This document shows, one piece after another, positions 30,326-41,482 of a stretch of DNA of 64,000 bases. The stretch spans positions 3,841 through 67,840 of the forward strand of contig JAUSPT010000024.1 of assembly GCA_030652805.1 (NCBI GenBank). Reading direction: 5' to 3'. Every line of letters starts with the position of its first letter. The stretch's first letter is position 1. Position numbers and translations under genes: made by a program. This stretch comes from a bacterium. GTDB lineage: Bacteria > JAHJDO01. Below the pieces are notes generated by a model that made no database searches, was not told the DNA's origin, and saw nothing but the letters and a program-made list of their open reading frames with translations.

Positions 30326-31267
30326 ATGGCCAGGGTACTTGTTACAGGAGGTGGAGGATTTATAGGGTCTCATTTAACTGAGAAGCTTGTTGAATTAGGC
30401 CATGAAGTAACAGTTATTGACAATCTATCGCATGGAAATCTGGAGAATCTTGAATCAGTTGCTAAAAAGATTAACTTACTTAACGAAGATATTCTTAATC
30501 CTGATGTCTTACAAAAGGTTACTGGGGGCAAGGAATACATCTTTCATTTAGCTGCAAACACATCTATAAACAAAAGTCTTGAGAAACCATCATGGAGCGC
30601 AGAATTAAATATAATGACTACGATCAGACTGTTGGAGACTGCAGTAAGGCACAAGGTAAGGCGAGTGATATTTTCTTCAAGCGCTTCTGTTTACGGGTAT
30701 GCTAAAATTCTTCCTGTAAAGGAGACAATGCCGGTAGCTCCTGCATCTCCATATGCTTTAGAAAAAGTAACAGGAGAAAACTATATGAGGTTGTTTGCAG
30801 AATTATACGACATCGATACTGTGTCTTTAAGGTATTTTAATGTGTTTGGACCGCGTCAAAATCCTGATCTTCCTCATCCAGGAGGAGTGACTATTGTAAT
30901 CAATCAAATTCGTAAAACTGGCTCTTCTCAATTGCAGGGTGACGGAATGCAAACGCGGGATATGATTTATGTTGGGAATATAGTAAATGCAAACATTCTT
31001 GCAATGGAAAAACAGTCTGATTCAAAAGGGGTTGCATATAATATTTGCACAGGCAAGTCTATATCAATAGCAGAGCTTCATAATAAGATTTCCAAGTTTA
31101 TGAAAACTGATTCATCCAGAGAATATCTGCCTTTACCAGAGGGGAATATAATAGATTCTAAAGGCGATCCTGCATTGGCTAAAGCTGAGCTGGGTTTTGA
31201 AGCAGAAATTGATTTGGATGAAGGACTAAAAAGAACAATTGAGTGGAGCAATGACAAAAATGCTTAA
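30326..31267 (+). CDS. NAD-dependent epimerase/dehydratase (UDP-sugar 4-epimerase family, GalE/WbpP-like)
   Basis: VLVTGGGGFIGSHL Rossmann motif; catalytic YxxxK (YALEKV). 313 aa. Confidence 0.85.
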   Translation: MARVLVTGGGGFIGSHLTEKLVELGHEVTVIDNLSHGNLENLESVAKKINLLNEDILNPDVLQKVTGGKEYIFHLAANTSINKSLEKPSWSAELNIMTTIRLLETAVRHKVRRVIFSSSASVYGYAKILPVKETMPVAPASPYALEKVTGENYMRLFAELYDIDTVSLRYFNVFGPRQNPDLPHPGGVTIVINQIRKTGSSQLQGDGMQTRDMIYVGNIVNANILAMEKQSDSKGVAYNICTGKSISIAELHNKISKFMKTDSSREYLPLPEGNIIDSKGDPALAKAELGFEAEIDLDEGLKRTIEWSNDKNA

Positions 31268-32384
31268 ACAAGGGGTTGAAACCCCTTGTTCAATATTCCA
31301 GATTTTCTTATTTTCATTCTTGCTATTAGCCAGTACCTGCGGATTTGCTCAATCTAAAATTGTGAGAGTATTGATCTTTAAATCCAGCACTTCGCTCACA
31401 CTTTCTTCTCAAGGACCTGTTGTTATAAAAGCGGGGGATAATGTCTTGAAAAGAGAAAAGAGATTGGAAGAAATCGTTTTAAAACGCAAAAATAATGCCG
31501 TAAGGTTTGGAAGAGACGAATACAAAACATTAGATTTTATATCAAAAGGCTTCCCCATATCAGTGAATAACAGAGCGTATAGAGGGGATATTAGAATAAG
31601 TGTTCACCAAAAACAGCTTCTCGTAGTCAATTATGTTGATATAGAGAGCTATTTAAAGAGTGTTGTCCCGTCCGAGATGTTTTCCGCATGGCCTATGGAG
31701 GCCTTAAAAGCACAGGCGGTTGTAGCACGCACATATGCGCTTTATCACATGGCTGGCCCGAGCAAAGAGTATGACTTATGTTCAGAGGCAAAATCTCAGA
31801 TGTATAAAGGTGTATGTTCCGAGAGCAGCAACTCTAATATGGCTGTGTATTTAACAGAAAAAATGTGCCTGTATGACAATAAGAAACTGGTTCCCACTTA
31901 TTTTCATTCAACATGCGGCGGTAATACGATCAATGCGGACAATATATGGGAAAAGGCGTTGGATTCCATAGAGGGCGTTGATTGCAAGTTCTGTAAGGAC
32001 TCACCTCATTATAAATGGAAAAAATCAATGGGAAGGAGAAAACTCGGAAAAATTCTGAGCAAAAAAGGGTTCAAGATAGGTAAAATAAAAAAGATAAGAC
32101 TTGAAAAAGGCAAACCTTATAGGATTTTCATAGAAGATAAATATGGAAAATCGCAAGTATTGAATGTAGCTAAATTTAGAATGCTTGTTGGGTCTGAGAT
32201 AGTTAGAAGTAGTAATTTTAGAGTTAAAGTCGGATGGTTTAGAGTGAAGTTCAAAGGAAACGGATGGGGCCATTGTGTAGGGTTATGCCAGTGGGGGGCA
32301 CACGGAATGGCTCTTAAAGGATATAGCTGTGAGCAGATTCTGCAGCATTATTATCCTAACCTTGATCTAAAAAGAATGTTTTAA
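31239..32384 (+). CDS. SpoIID/LytB domain protein
   Basis: SpoIID-family blocks (EALKAQAVVARTYAL, FHSTCGGNT) and an N-terminal hydrophobic segment. 381 aa; the real start is probably an internal Met. Confidence 0.7.
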   Translation: MSGAMTKMLKQGVETPCSIFQIFLFSFLLLASTCGFAQSKIVRVLIFKSSTSLTLSSQGPVVIKAGDNVLKREKRLEEIVLKRKNNAVRFGRDEYKTLDFISKGFPISVNNRAYRGDIRISVHQKQLLVVNYVDIESYLKSVVPSEMFSAWPMEALKAQAVVARTYALYHMAGPSKEYDLCSEAKSQMYKGVCSESSNSNMAVYLTEKMCLYDNKKLVPTYFHSTCGGNTINADNIWEKALDSIEGVDCKFCKDSPHYKWKKSMGRRKLGKILSKKGFKIGKIKKIRLEKGKPYRIFIEDKYGKSQVLNVAKFRMLVGSEIVRSSNFRVKVGWFRVKFKGNGWGHCVGLCQWGAHGMALKGYSCEQILQHYYPNLDLKRMF

Positions 32385-33419
32385 ATGCATATTTCTCTTT
32401 TTGATTATTCTCTTCCGGAGAAACTGGTTGCGCAATATCCTGCCTCTCAACGTGACAAATCCAGGTTAATGATTATTAACAGAGAAACTGGAGATATTAC
32501 TCATAGGTCTTTTTCTAATATAGTTGATTATCTTTCCAAAGATGATTTGTTAGTCATAAACAACACAAAGGTGATACATGCCAGATTGAGAGGGATAAAA
32601 GAAGCCACAGGAGCTCGCATAGAAATACTGCTAATCAGAGATTTGGGTAATAATATATGGAATGTACTTGCAAAGCCGTCAAAAAGGCTAAAGATAGGAA
32701 CAATTATTAATTGCAGTAAGAATCTTTCTGCCGAAGTCATAGAAAAGAATAATGACGGTGTAGTAAGGATTAAGTTCAGTTTCACAGGTAATTTCATGGA
32801 AATTATATCTAAAATTGGCCAGGTTCCTCTTCCTCCATATATAAAAAGGGCAAGTATCAAATCCTATGACACCAGAAGATATCAGACAGTTTATGCTAAA
32901 GAAGCCGGATCTATTGCTGCGCCAACTGCAGGACTGCATTTTACAAAGAGTTTGTTAAAAAAGATTAAAGAAAAGGGAATTCAAATTGCTGAGGTAACAC
33001 TTCATGTGAGCGTTGACACATTCAAGCCTGTTACGGAGACAGAAATAGAAAAACACAGGATGCAGTCAGAATACTATGAGATAACAAAAGAGGCATTTTT
33101 CACAGTAAAAAAAGCTATACAGGAGCAAAAGAGAATAATAGCAGTTGGAACAACAAGTGTGAGAGTTCTTGAATCAGTGAATTTTGATGCTGATAATCCA
33201 AAGAAAAATCTTTCAGCATGGACAGACCTTTTTATATATCCCGGATATAAATTTAAAGTAGTGAACGCTATTATTACAAACTTTCATCTTCCAAAGTCAA
33301 CGCTATTAATTTTAATACATGCTTTTGCGGGCAGAAAACTTATAACAAAGACATACAAAGAGGCAATTAAAAAGGAGTACAGGTTCTATAGTTATGGAGA
33401 TGTGACGTTTGTCACATAA
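32385..33419 (+). CDS. queA: S-adenosylmethionine:tRNA ribosyltransferase-isomerase
   Basis: Canonical QueA N-terminus FDYSLPEKLVAQYPASQRDKSRLM, plus TAGLHFT and GTTSVR blocks. 344 aa. Confidence 0.9.
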   Translation: MHISLFDYSLPEKLVAQYPASQRDKSRLMIINRETGDITHRSFSNIVDYLSKDDLLVINNTKVIHARLRGIKEATGARIEILLIRDLGNNIWNVLAKPSKRLKIGTIINCSKNLSAEVIEKNNDGVVRIKFSFTGNFMEIISKIGQVPLPPYIKRASIKSYDTRRYQTVYAKEAGSIAAPTAGLHFTKSLLKKIKEKGIQIAEVTLHVSVDTFKPVTETEIEKHRMQSEYYEITKEAFFTVKKAIQEQKRIIAVGTTSVRVLESVNFDADNPKKNLSAWTDLFIYPGYKFKVVNAIITNFHLPKSTLLILIHAFAGRKLITKTYKEAIKKEYRFYSYGDVTFVT

Positions 33420-33423
33420 TAAC

Positions 33424-33451
33424 TTGACAATCAATAGCCAATAACTATAAT
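33424..33451 (+). promoter_or_regulatory. Consensus sigma-70 promoter (TTGACA-N16-TATAAT) for the fabG-acpP-fabF operon
   Basis: TTGACA at 33424-33429 and TATAAT at 33446-33451, read directly, about 20 nt upstream of the fabG RBS (GGGAGGAAGC). Confidence 0.7.
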
Positions 33452-33471
33452 GCCAGCGATGAATTAAGAAA

Positions 33472-34224
33472 TTGGGAGGAAGCATGAAGCTTGGTGGAAA
33501 AACAGCAGTTGTAACTGGTTCAGCTCAGGGTATTGGAAAGGAAATAGCGTGTAGTCTGGCAAAGGAGGGCGCAAATGTTGTAGTTTCCGATATAGATCTT
33601 GAACTTGCAGAACAAACAGCAGCCGAGATAAGAAAAATGGGAAGAGAAACGCTGGTTATAAAAGCTGATGTTTCTATGCCAGAGGAAGCTGCAAACATTA
33701 TAGAAAAAACGATTGACAAATTAGGAAGCCTGGATATACTCATCAACAATGCTGGAATAACCAGGGACAACTTTATTTTACGCATGAAGGATGAGGACTG
33801 GGATAAGGTGTTAGCAATAAATCTTAAGGGGACATTTAACTGTATTAAAGCGGCTGCAAAAGTTATGTTAAAGCAAAGAAAAGGCAAAATAGTAAACATG
33901 GCATCCATTATAGGATTAATAGGCAATGCTGGGCAGGCGAATTATGCTGCCTCTAAAGCAGGTGTAATTGCCCTAACCAAGTCCGCTGCCAAAGAATTCG
34001 GCTCAAGAGGAATAACTGTTAATGCTATAGCACCTGGTTTTATAAGCACAAGAATGACAGAAGTGCTTAAAGAAGATACAAAACAAAAAATGCTGGGCAA
34101 TATTCCTCTAGGTAGATTTGGCTTACCCACTGATGTTGCAAATCTTGTTTTATTTCTTGTCTCTGATGAAGCAAATTACATCACAGGACAGGTAATTAAT
34201 GTAGACGGTGGAATGGTAACTTGA
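33472..34224 (+). CDS. fabG: 3-oxoacyl-[ACP] reductase
   Basis: [16 protein letters not shown], and the S...Y..SK catalytic triad (YAASKAG). Located next to acpP and fabF. 250 aa. Confidence 0.9.
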   Translation: MGGSMKLGGKTAVVTGSAQGIGKEIACSLAKEGANVVVSDIDLELAEQTAAEIRKMGRETLVIKADVSMPEEAANIIEKTIDKLGSLDILINNAGITRDNFILRMKDEDWDKVLAINLKGTFNCIKAAAKVMLKQRKGKIVNMASIIGLIGNAGQANYAASKAGVIALTKSAAKEFGSRGITVNAIAPGFISTRMTEVLKEDTKQKMLGNIPLGRFGLPTDVANLVLFLVSDEANYITGQVINVDGGMVT

Positions 34225-34246
34225 AGTTTTCAAAAAAAGGAGGAGA

Positions 34247-34486
34247 TTGAGTATGTCAAGTGAAAAAAGAGTGAAAGAGATTATTGTTGAACAGCTTGGT
34301 GTAAAGCCGGAAGAGGTTACTAATGAGGCATCTTTTGTTGATGATTTAGGCGCAGATTCATTAGATACAGTAGAACTTGTTATGGCACTTGAAGAGGAAT
34401 TTGACATTGAAATACCCGATGAAGATGCAGAAAAGATTGTTACAGTTGTCGATGCGACAAACTACATAGATAAGCACGTCCAATAA
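34247..34486 (+). CDS. acpP: Acyl carrier protein
   Basis: [27 protein letters not shown] with the phosphopantetheine-attachment Ser. 79 aa. Confidence 0.95.
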   Translation: MSMSSEKRVKEIIVEQLGVKPEEVTNEASFVDDLGADSLDTVELVMALEEEFDIEIPDEDAEKIVTVVDATNYIDKHVQ

Positions 34487-34505
34487 GAGCATTTCGGTTA
34501 TAGTC

Positions 34506-35747
34506 ATGGAGAAAAATAGGGTTGTTATAACAGGTATAGGGGCGGTAACGCCTGTTGGTAATAATCCTGATATTTTTTGGAAAAACATATGCGATGGAAA
34601 GAGCGGGGTAGATCGCATCAGCTTGTTTGATCCATCAGATTTTGATAGCAAGATAGCTGGACAGATTAAAGATTTTGATTCTTCTATGTATCTTAGCCAA
34701 AAAGATATAAAAAGGATGGATCGTTTTGTGCAATTTGCTGTTGCCTGTAGTAAAATGGCTTTAGAGAATAGTGGATTAGATACAGATAAAGAGGATAAGA
34801 GCAGAATAGGTGTTCTTATAGGTTCTGGGATTGGCGGATTAAAGGTAATTGAAGATCAGCACAATGTGCTCTTGCAGAAAGGCCCTTCAAGGGTATCTCC
34901 TTTTCTTATTCCGATGTTGATAATAGACATGGCTAGTGGACAAGTTGCAATTCAATTTGGTCTTAAAGGTCCGAATTTTGCGATTGCTACTGCGTGCGCT
35001 TCCGGCTCTCATGCAATAGGAGAGGCTTTTAGGATTATTCAAAGAGGAGAAGCAGATATAATGATAGCAGGGGGAACAGAGACTGCAATAACTCCTATTG
35101 GTGTTGCCGGCTTCTGTAAGATGAAGGCTCTTTCTACAAGAAATGATAAGCCTGAGAAAGCAAGCAGACCATTTGACAGGGATAGAGATGGTTTTGTAAT
35201 TGGGGAAGGAGCAGGTATTCTGCTTCTTGAAGATTTGGATCATGCAACAAGGAGAGGTGCATACATTTATGCAGAATTAGCAGGTTTTGGTATGACTGCT
35301 GATGCATATCATATAACATCTCCATCTCCTGAGGGTGAGGGAGCTGCGCAAGCAATGAAATTGGCTTTGGACGATGCGACGCTAAATCCTGAAGATATTG
35401 ATTACATTAATGCACATGGCACTTCAACCCCTTTCAATGACAGATGTGAGACAAAGGCTATTAAAACTGTATTCGGCAAGTATGCAAAAAACATACCTGT
35501 GAGTTCAACGAAATCTATGACGGGTCATCTTTTAGGAGCGAGTGGAGGGGTTGAATTGATAACATGTGTCTTAAGCATAAAGCATGGCATTATTACTCCA
35601 ACTATAAACTATGAAAATCCGGATCCTGAATGTGATCTTGATTATGTGCCTAATACTGCGAGAGAATGCAAGGTTCAATATGCGATGTCAAATTCATTTG
35701 GTTTTGGCGGTCATAATTCAGCTTTAGTTGTAAAGAAATTTGAATAA
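34506..35747 (+). CDS. fabF: 3-oxoacyl-[ACP] synthase II
   Basis: Active-site [12 protein letters not shown] (Cys), and catalytic HGTST and GHLLGASG blocks. 413 aa. Confidence 0.9.
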   Translation: MEKNRVVITGIGAVTPVGNNPDIFWKNICDGKSGVDRISLFDPSDFDSKIAGQIKDFDSSMYLSQKDIKRMDRFVQFAVACSKMALENSGLDTDKEDKSRIGVLIGSGIGGLKVIEDQHNVLLQKGPSRVSPFLIPMLIIDMASGQVAIQFGLKGPNFAIATACASGSHAIGEAFRIIQRGEADIMIAGGTETAITPIGVAGFCKMKALSTRNDKPEKASRPFDRDRDGFVIGEGAGILLLEDLDHATRRGAYIYAELAGFGMTADAYHITSPSPEGEGAAQAMKLALDDATLNPEDIDYINAHGTSTPFNDRCETKAIKTVFGKYAKNIPVSSTKSMTGHLLGASGGVELITCVLSIKHGIITPTINYENPDPECDLDYVPNTARECKVQYAMSNSFGFGGHNSALVVKKFE

Positions 35748-35781
35748 TGATGATTTCTAAAATTTCAAGGAGACAATAGTT

Positions 35782-37695
35782 ATGAAAAAACTTTCAATAT
35801 TCTTATTAATATTTTCAGTAATCTTAACCAGTGTAACTCCTGCATATAGTTGGCCGTGGTCCAGAAATCGTCGTCCGCTTCCGCCCAAAACAGCAACAAT
35901 CCAAGGCAGAGTAACAAATTCCCTAACAAATCAAGCCATATCCGGCGCAGCAGTCCGAGCAGGCAGTTACAGAGCCAGTACAAATGCAAATGGGCAGTAT
36001 GTAATAAAAAATATTAATGTATGGTTCTGGGGAAGAATATATAGAGTAAGCGCATCAGCAAATGGATATTACTCAAGTTCTAAATGGATATATGTGAGAG
36101 CAGGAAGAACATACACATTAAACTTCAGATTAAGACCCAAAAAACCGCTAATATTAGTCAAGATAACTTCCCCTGAAGACAATTCATACATAAGCGGGTC
36201 AAGCTTAGATGTAAAAGTAGCATGGCAGGGCAGAGCAGGAATAATAGACTTATATTTAGATAATAGTTTAGCTGGAAGCTACAGAACATGGCGCTGGTGG
36301 CATAGAACAGGAATTCATACATTTAAAATAGACATTTCAGTTCAACAAGATGGAGAGCACAAGCTCAAAGCAATAGCATACAGATCACACATGAGAAAAG
36401 GCTACAAAGCAGAGTCTAAAGAGATAACATTCGTGTTAGATAACACCTCCCCTGTAATTTCAGCTCTATTACCAGAAGATAACGCTTTAATTAACAACAA
36501 CCAGCCAGAGATCTCAGCAGTGTTGTCGGATGCTACAAGCGGGATTGGCAAAGAGACAATCATATTGAAACTTGATGATGCAGAAGTGACTTCAGCTTAT
36601 GATGAGGTAACAGGGGAACTAAGTTATACACCAGAAACAGCGCTTGAAGACGGAATTCATACAGTTTCTATTGAGGTAAAGGATAGAGCGGAAAATGAAG
36701 CAAGTGCAAGCTCAACATTTAGAGTGGAAACAGACACAACACCGCCAAGCATAACTGATTTATCTCCAAAAGACGCTTCCACAATCTACTACACAACGCC
36801 AAAAATCTCAGTAAAATATTCTGATGATAAATCAGGTATAGATAAAACCACAGTAAAGATGTTGGTAAACGCAGTAGATGTAACAGCAAGCAGTATAATT
36901 ACAGATGAAGGTATTTCGTACAAACCTACAGAAGAACTCACAGAAGGCGGAGTAACAGTAAATATAGAGGTGAAAGACAAGGCAGGGAATCTAGCAACGA
37001 AGGAATTTAGTTTTGAGATAAAGATATTGACAGCGGAAGATCTTTTGCAGGCAGTAAAGAATAATCACGACTCAATTACCAGTATGAAGACAGACTATAC
37101 TGTTGAATCGTTGTTAAATTCAGAGCCTGTTCTTGAGACGCAGTATGTAAGGTGTTTTTACAAAGACCCTTCAAAAACGAAGTTATATACTTATGAAGAT
37201 TCAGATATGACAAACAAGCTGAGTATATTAATAATGGATGATACAAGCATATACGATGTAGATCCAAACACAGGAGATATAGACGAAGTAAATACTTTTG
37301 AAGCAGAGGGGCTTGGAATTGAGTTTGAAGCATACGGTGATACAGAACTGTTTTTTGAATCTCATGACGTAACCAGTGAGACAATAGATGGAATGAGTGG
37401 CATAGGAGAAATAACAGCAGTCCCTGAGAATGCCAATGATACCTATTCCAAGATAAAGTTAAAAATAGATTATCCCAAAGAGATTATCGTAGGAATGTCT
37501 TTTTATGACAATGATGATGAATATATAAGCGGATTTGAGGTAGTTGAAGCTGTAGAGATTGACGGTATCTGGGTTCCAAAGAAAGTAATTGAAACACCTG
37601 CGTTAGAAGGGATGCAGGTTATTCAAACATACAGTAACATTGAAATAAATGTTGATATTCCTAATGACGCATTTGATCCGGGAAAGCAGTTATGA
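35782..37695 (+). CDS. Secreted protein with a carboxypeptidase-regulatory-like N-terminal domain, two ~95-aa bacterial Ig-like repeats and a C-terminal LolA-like/unknown domain
   Basis: Signal peptide. Internal repeats TSPVISALLPEDN...TVSIEVKDRAENEASA and TTPPSITDLSPKDAS...TVNIEVKDKAGNLAT. Confidence 0.5.
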   Translation: MKKLSIFLLIFSVILTSVTPAYSWPWSRNRRPLPPKTATIQGRVTNSLTNQAISGAAVRAGSYRASTNANGQYVIKNINVWFWGRIYRVSASANGYYSSSKWIYVRAGRTYTLNFRLRPKKPLILVKITSPEDNSYISGSSLDVKVAWQGRAGIIDLYLDNSLAGSYRTWRWWHRTGIHTFKIDISVQQDGEHKLKAIAYRSHMRKGYKAESKEITFVLDNTSPVISALLPEDNALINNNQPEISAVLSDATSGIGKETIILKLDDAEVTSAYDEVTGELSYTPETALEDGIHTVSIEVKDRAENEASASSTFRVETDTTPPSITDLSPKDASTIYYTTPKISVKYSDDKSGIDKTTVKMLVNAVDVTASSIITDEGISYKPTEELTEGGVTVNIEVKDKAGNLATKEFSFEIKILTAEDLLQAVKNNHDSITSMKTDYTVESLLNSEPVLETQYVRCFYKDPSKTKLYTYEDSDMTNKLSILIMDDTSIYDVDPNTGDIDEVNTFEAEGLGIEFEAYGDTELFFESHDVTSETIDGMSGIGEITAVPENANDTYSKIKLKIDYPKEIIVGMSFYDNDDEYISGFEVVEAVEIDGIWVPKKVIETPALEGMQVIQTYSNIEINVDIPNDAFDPGKQL

Positions 37696-38675
37696 AAAAA
37701 ATTAGTTTATTACTATTTATACTCACAATATGTTTAGCTGTAACTATACCTTCTTACGCAAAAAGGCTAAAAGGATGTGATTATGTAAGTTATCATAGTC
37801 CCTGCTGGATGCCTGATTCAAAACATATCGTGTACATAAAACATATAAGTCATCACAAGTATCGTTATGGCTGGCTGGCTGCGGTGAGCAAGAGCGGAGA
37901 TTTATGGGTGGGAAACGATTATTATATCTACAAGATGAATGTAGAGACGAAAAAAGAAGAGATAATTAAAAAATATTTTTCAAAGGTAGATCAGATAAAG
38001 TCTAAGTATGAGTATTTTGTTGACGAGAACGGAAAAGCAAAGAGATTTCCATATAAAATGGAATCTTTTAAGATAGATTGTTCTAAAGACGGGAAATGGA
38101 TATGTTTTAATTCGGGGACGTTGCATCTTTTAAGCGCAGACGGAAAGATATTAAAAAAACTGCCTGTAGCTGGTGGCATCCCCAAATTTTCCCCGGATGG
38201 CAAAAGAATACTTTACGGTGTTTCTAGTGATGTAAGAACACATGAAGGAAAATATGTATGCAAGAAAGACGATTTAAGACTGATAGATGTAGATGGAGAA
38301 AATGACAGATTATTGGTTGAAAATGCTACACATGGCATCTGGCATCCAAGCGGAGAGAAAATAGGATATCACAGAGAAAAAGATAAAATAGATTTCTGGA
38401 CAGTAAATGTTGATGGAACGAATAAAAAAGCCGAGTTCAAAGCAAATTGTTATCCATGTGATTGGTCGCCTGATGGTGGGTATATAAACACTGTGGGAAG
38501 ATTTCTCGATATGCAAGGAAAGAGAATGAAGACAGGTTTTAAAAGTATTCCCTCATATGGAAAATTTTCACCTGATGGACTCAAAATGGTTGGAGAAAGT
38601 TTAGGCATAACTTTCTCCAAAATTGGAGACGAAAAAGAAACGGTATTGCTTAAAGATTATTCAAAGGAATATTAA
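37692..38675 (+). CDS. Secreted TolB-like (PD40/WD40-like) beta-propeller repeat protein
   Basis: Signal peptide and repeated xSPDGK/WSPDG blades (FSPDGKRILYG, WSPDGGYI, FSPDGLKMVG). Start overlaps the upstream stop (ATGA). Confidence 0.6.
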   Translation: MKKISLLLFILTICLAVTIPSYAKRLKGCDYVSYHSPCWMPDSKHIVYIKHISHHKYRYGWLAAVSKSGDLWVGNDYYIYKMNVETKKEEIIKKYFSKVDQIKSKYEYFVDENGKAKRFPYKMESFKIDCSKDGKWICFNSGTLHLLSADGKILKKLPVAGGIPKFSPDGKRILYGVSSDVRTHEGKYVCKKDDLRLIDVDGENDRLLVENATHGIWHPSGEKIGYHREKDKIDFWTVNVDGTNKKAEFKANCYPCDWSPDGGYINTVGRFLDMQGKRMKTGFKSIPSYGKFSPDGLKMVGESLGITFSKIGDEKETVLLKDYSKEY

Positions 38676-38690
38676 ATACGGGAGAGAAAG

Positions 38691-41396
38691 ATGAGAAATA
38701 AGAGATTTAATTTTCTAATAATATTATTGTGTACGATGTTTTTGTTCACATCTTTTTCAATAGAGGCAGACCAATTATACACAACGGAAACTGCTTGGGA
38801 GGATAATCTGGATGTTTACCGTCCTTGTCCTGTATTATTCCTTCACGGTTTTGCAGCAGGTTCGCCGGAAACATGGCAAAAGGTAGTAGATAACCTTAAA
38901 ACTCATCATTTTGATTTCTATTATAGGGGAGAGAAGTATGGACACAGTTTTGGTAATAAAGTTAGTCCGTATCTAGAATCTATTCAATTCTTCAATGAAG
39001 CTGATGAACCGGTGGTAGGCAAGAACAACTCCGTAGATACATACAAAGCGGGAGACTGTTATGTGGACAGAGGCTTGAGGGATATAAATGATCCGGGTGG
39101 AGCTAATAAGGTTTACTATTGGCTGCACAAACGTGTTCCAGATGGTGTTAATGACAGATTATCTTTTCTTGATAAGGAATCCACTCCAATAATTGGGACT
39201 TATACAGTTGACAGTGAAAAGCCAAAGGTAAACATGATTTGCCACAGTCTGGGAGGATTGTCTGCAAGGCAGTTTTTGAAACAGTATGGGGATGAAAATG
39301 TGGCGAAGCTGATAACCGTGGGCACTCCTCATTTAGGCTCTCCTCTTGCTGCAGCGGCGCATGGTGGATATGTGGGAACTCAGCTTATAGCCAAGGCAAT
39401 TGCATCTACATTCTATATTCCAAGACTATCAAAAATTCTAATTCCAAAGATTGAGGGAGCCTCATTATGGCCGCCAAAGATTAAGATAGGCATCAGAAAA
39501 TCCACTTTTACTTCCTATGTTTCAGGTATAAAAAACACACGCGTTAATCTTCCTGATTTAGCAGATATTGATATTCAGGGAGACGCAGTAAGCGATTTGG
39601 TACCCGGATGTGAATTTTTAAATCAGCTAAATAGTTCTGTTCCTGGCGGTCCGAAATATTACTGCGTTTACGGGCAGTATTCTGCAATTCCATATATTCA
39701 TATTGGAGTCAATGCGATAGGTGGAGATATGGTAGTTCCTGTAGCCAGCCAGAGAGCCGATGGAGTGGGAATTCCATGGAAGGAAATGAAGAGGATTTAT
39801 ACATATCATTCAAACGAAGGAGCCACTTTAGCGGAGAATGATTGTAAAACTCTTTTAGGATTCCTTGATGATACAGAACCAGTCCTTGACTTAGTCCGAG
39901 TTTTAGAATCAAAAGACATAAATCTTTCAACGCTTCCTGAAAGGCCGGAAGGAGATTGGGACAATGAAGACACTGACTGGAGACAGCACTCAGCAGGTGG
40001 AAGTGTAATAGAACTGGATATATTGAAATATGGCAAGGTTTACATCGAAGGTAAAGTTGACAACGAATATCTTCCTGCAACAAGTGAAGTAAAGATAGCA
40101 GTTTTTAAAAGGGATAAAAATCAATCAGCCACTTATGATGAAGATGAATTAGAATACTGGGGGTATGAATCTGATGATTTTGGCTATGTAACAAAGAAAT
40201 GGAGTAATCTTGAAGAAGCAAAAGAGACTAGATGTTTAAAGCCTTATGCAAATCAGATACCAGCACCAGCAGGATTCAGATATAAGGTAGAATTTAATTT
40301 TAAAGACCCAGATAAACCAGAACCTGGAATATATGAAGCAAAAGTCTTCGTTGAAAACCCAGCAGGCTTGAAATCAGAGGTAAAATCTTTAAAAGTAACG
40401 TTTTTTGACAGTAGCACAGGATTAGATTGCGGATATTGGAATGGTAGTTTTGCCTTTATCCATAAAAATGCCTATGAACCGCCTATGATTTATAAACATC
40501 CAAATTATGAGCTAATAGATATAGAGTGTCCAGAGTTGTTGCCTTTACGTGGTAATTACTTAAGTGATAAATGGTATTATGATGGTGATAGTTGGAATGA
40601 GATCTATGAGCCAGACTGGGGTGAAGGGGATTGGAGTGATAGAGGGACAAGCTCTATACAAACCACAGGTAATGAACCTTATGGTAAAATAACTAAATTA
40701 GGTAAAGAGATAAACGTCGATGGCGAAAACAGATATTATTTTAAAGCGCGCATTTGGCTTCTTTCTGGTGGAGTATGGAGTTATACTGACCATATAGGTG
40801 GTTATGTTTATGATGGACAGTGCTATGAAGAGGGATGGGCGTACGCTAGTGGAGGAGTACAAGGTGCATGGAAATGGGGCAATGATATATGTTATTTAGC
40901 GGCACATGGTACTTCTCATGGTACTTATGCTATGTATTGTAAAAATGGGGTTTATTTAGGTACAAGTTTATTCTCATATCGTGGAATTGGTCTTACAGTT
41001 TGTCCCAATTTAGTTTATGCAAGAGCTACTTCTTATTATGCACGGGCTGATTATGGTCTTGCTAGACCAGATGGAATAATAACCTTAGAGAGGATAGGTC
41101 ATATACCTCCTTATTATGGCTCTTATCACGCTTTGTCTAATGGTTGTTTGCGAATTAAAAGCACTTCTCAACGTCAATATGAGTATTATATTGATGCTGT
41201 AAAAAATAGTGGCACTTACTCTTTGCCTCAATATAACGGATATGAGTTTAGCGGCATAAGTTTCTATCGTAACAGTGGGAATGAAGTTATTGCGATAGTA
41301 AGTAGTTGGCAACATCCTGATGAAGATATGACAAGAATAATGAGCTTTAATCCCATAACAAATAGCTGGACAGATTATGGAGAAGTTCCGTGGTAA
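38691..41396 (+). CDS. Secreted alpha/beta-hydrolase (lipase/esterase, PGAP1/DUF676-like) with a large Trp/Tyr/Gly-rich C-terminal domain of unknown function
   Basis: Signal peptide. LFLHGFAAGS oxyanion region, nucleophile elbow ICHSLGG, VGTPHLGSP. The C-terminal ~350 aa is rich in W/Y/G with no recognisable domain. 901 aa. Confidence 0.55.
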   Translation: MRNKRFNFLIILLCTMFLFTSFSIEADQLYTTETAWEDNLDVYRPCPVLFLHGFAAGSPETWQKVVDNLKTHHFDFYYRGEKYGHSFGNKVSPYLESIQFFNEADEPVVGKNNSVDTYKAGDCYVDRGLRDINDPGGANKVYYWLHKRVPDGVNDRLSFLDKESTPIIGTYTVDSEKPKVNMICHSLGGLSARQFLKQYGDENVAKLITVGTPHLGSPLAAAAHGGYVGTQLIAKAIASTFYIPRLSKILIPKIEGASLWPPKIKIGIRKSTFTSYVSGIKNTRVNLPDLADIDIQGDAVSDLVPGCEFLNQLNSSVPGGPKYYCVYGQYSAIPYIHIGVNAIGGDMVVPVASQRADGVGIPWKEMKRIYTYHSNEGATLAENDCKTLLGFLDDTEPVLDLVRVLESKDINLSTLPERPEGDWDNEDTDWRQHSAGGSVIELDILKYGKVYIEGKVDNEYLPATSEVKIAVFKRDKNQSATYDEDELEYWGYESDDFGYVTKKWSNLEEAKETRCLKPYANQIPAPAGFRYKVEFNFKDPDKPEPGIYEAKVFVENPAGLKSEVKSLKVTFFDSSTGLDCGYWNGSFAFIHKNAYEPPMIYKHPNYELIDIECPELLPLRGNYLSDKWYYDGDSWNEIYEPDWGEGDWSDRGTSSIQTTGNEPYGKITKLGKEINVDGENRYYFKARIWLLSGGVWSYTDHIGGYVYDGQCYEEGWAYASGGVQGAWKWGNDICYLAAHGTSHGTYAMYCKNGVYLGTSLFSYRGIGLTVCPNLVYARATSYYARADYGLARPDGIITLERIGHIPPYYGSYHALSNGCLRIKSTSQRQYEYYIDAVKNSGTYSLPQYNGYEFSGISFYRNSGNEVIAIVSSWQHPDEDMTRIMSFNPITNSWTDYGEVPW

Positions 41397-41482
41397 AGAA
41401 AATTGGAGGCATAACCCATTACAACGCTAACACTCGCAATGACTTGGCAGGATAGGAATAATTAACCTAAGGAGATAGACAT

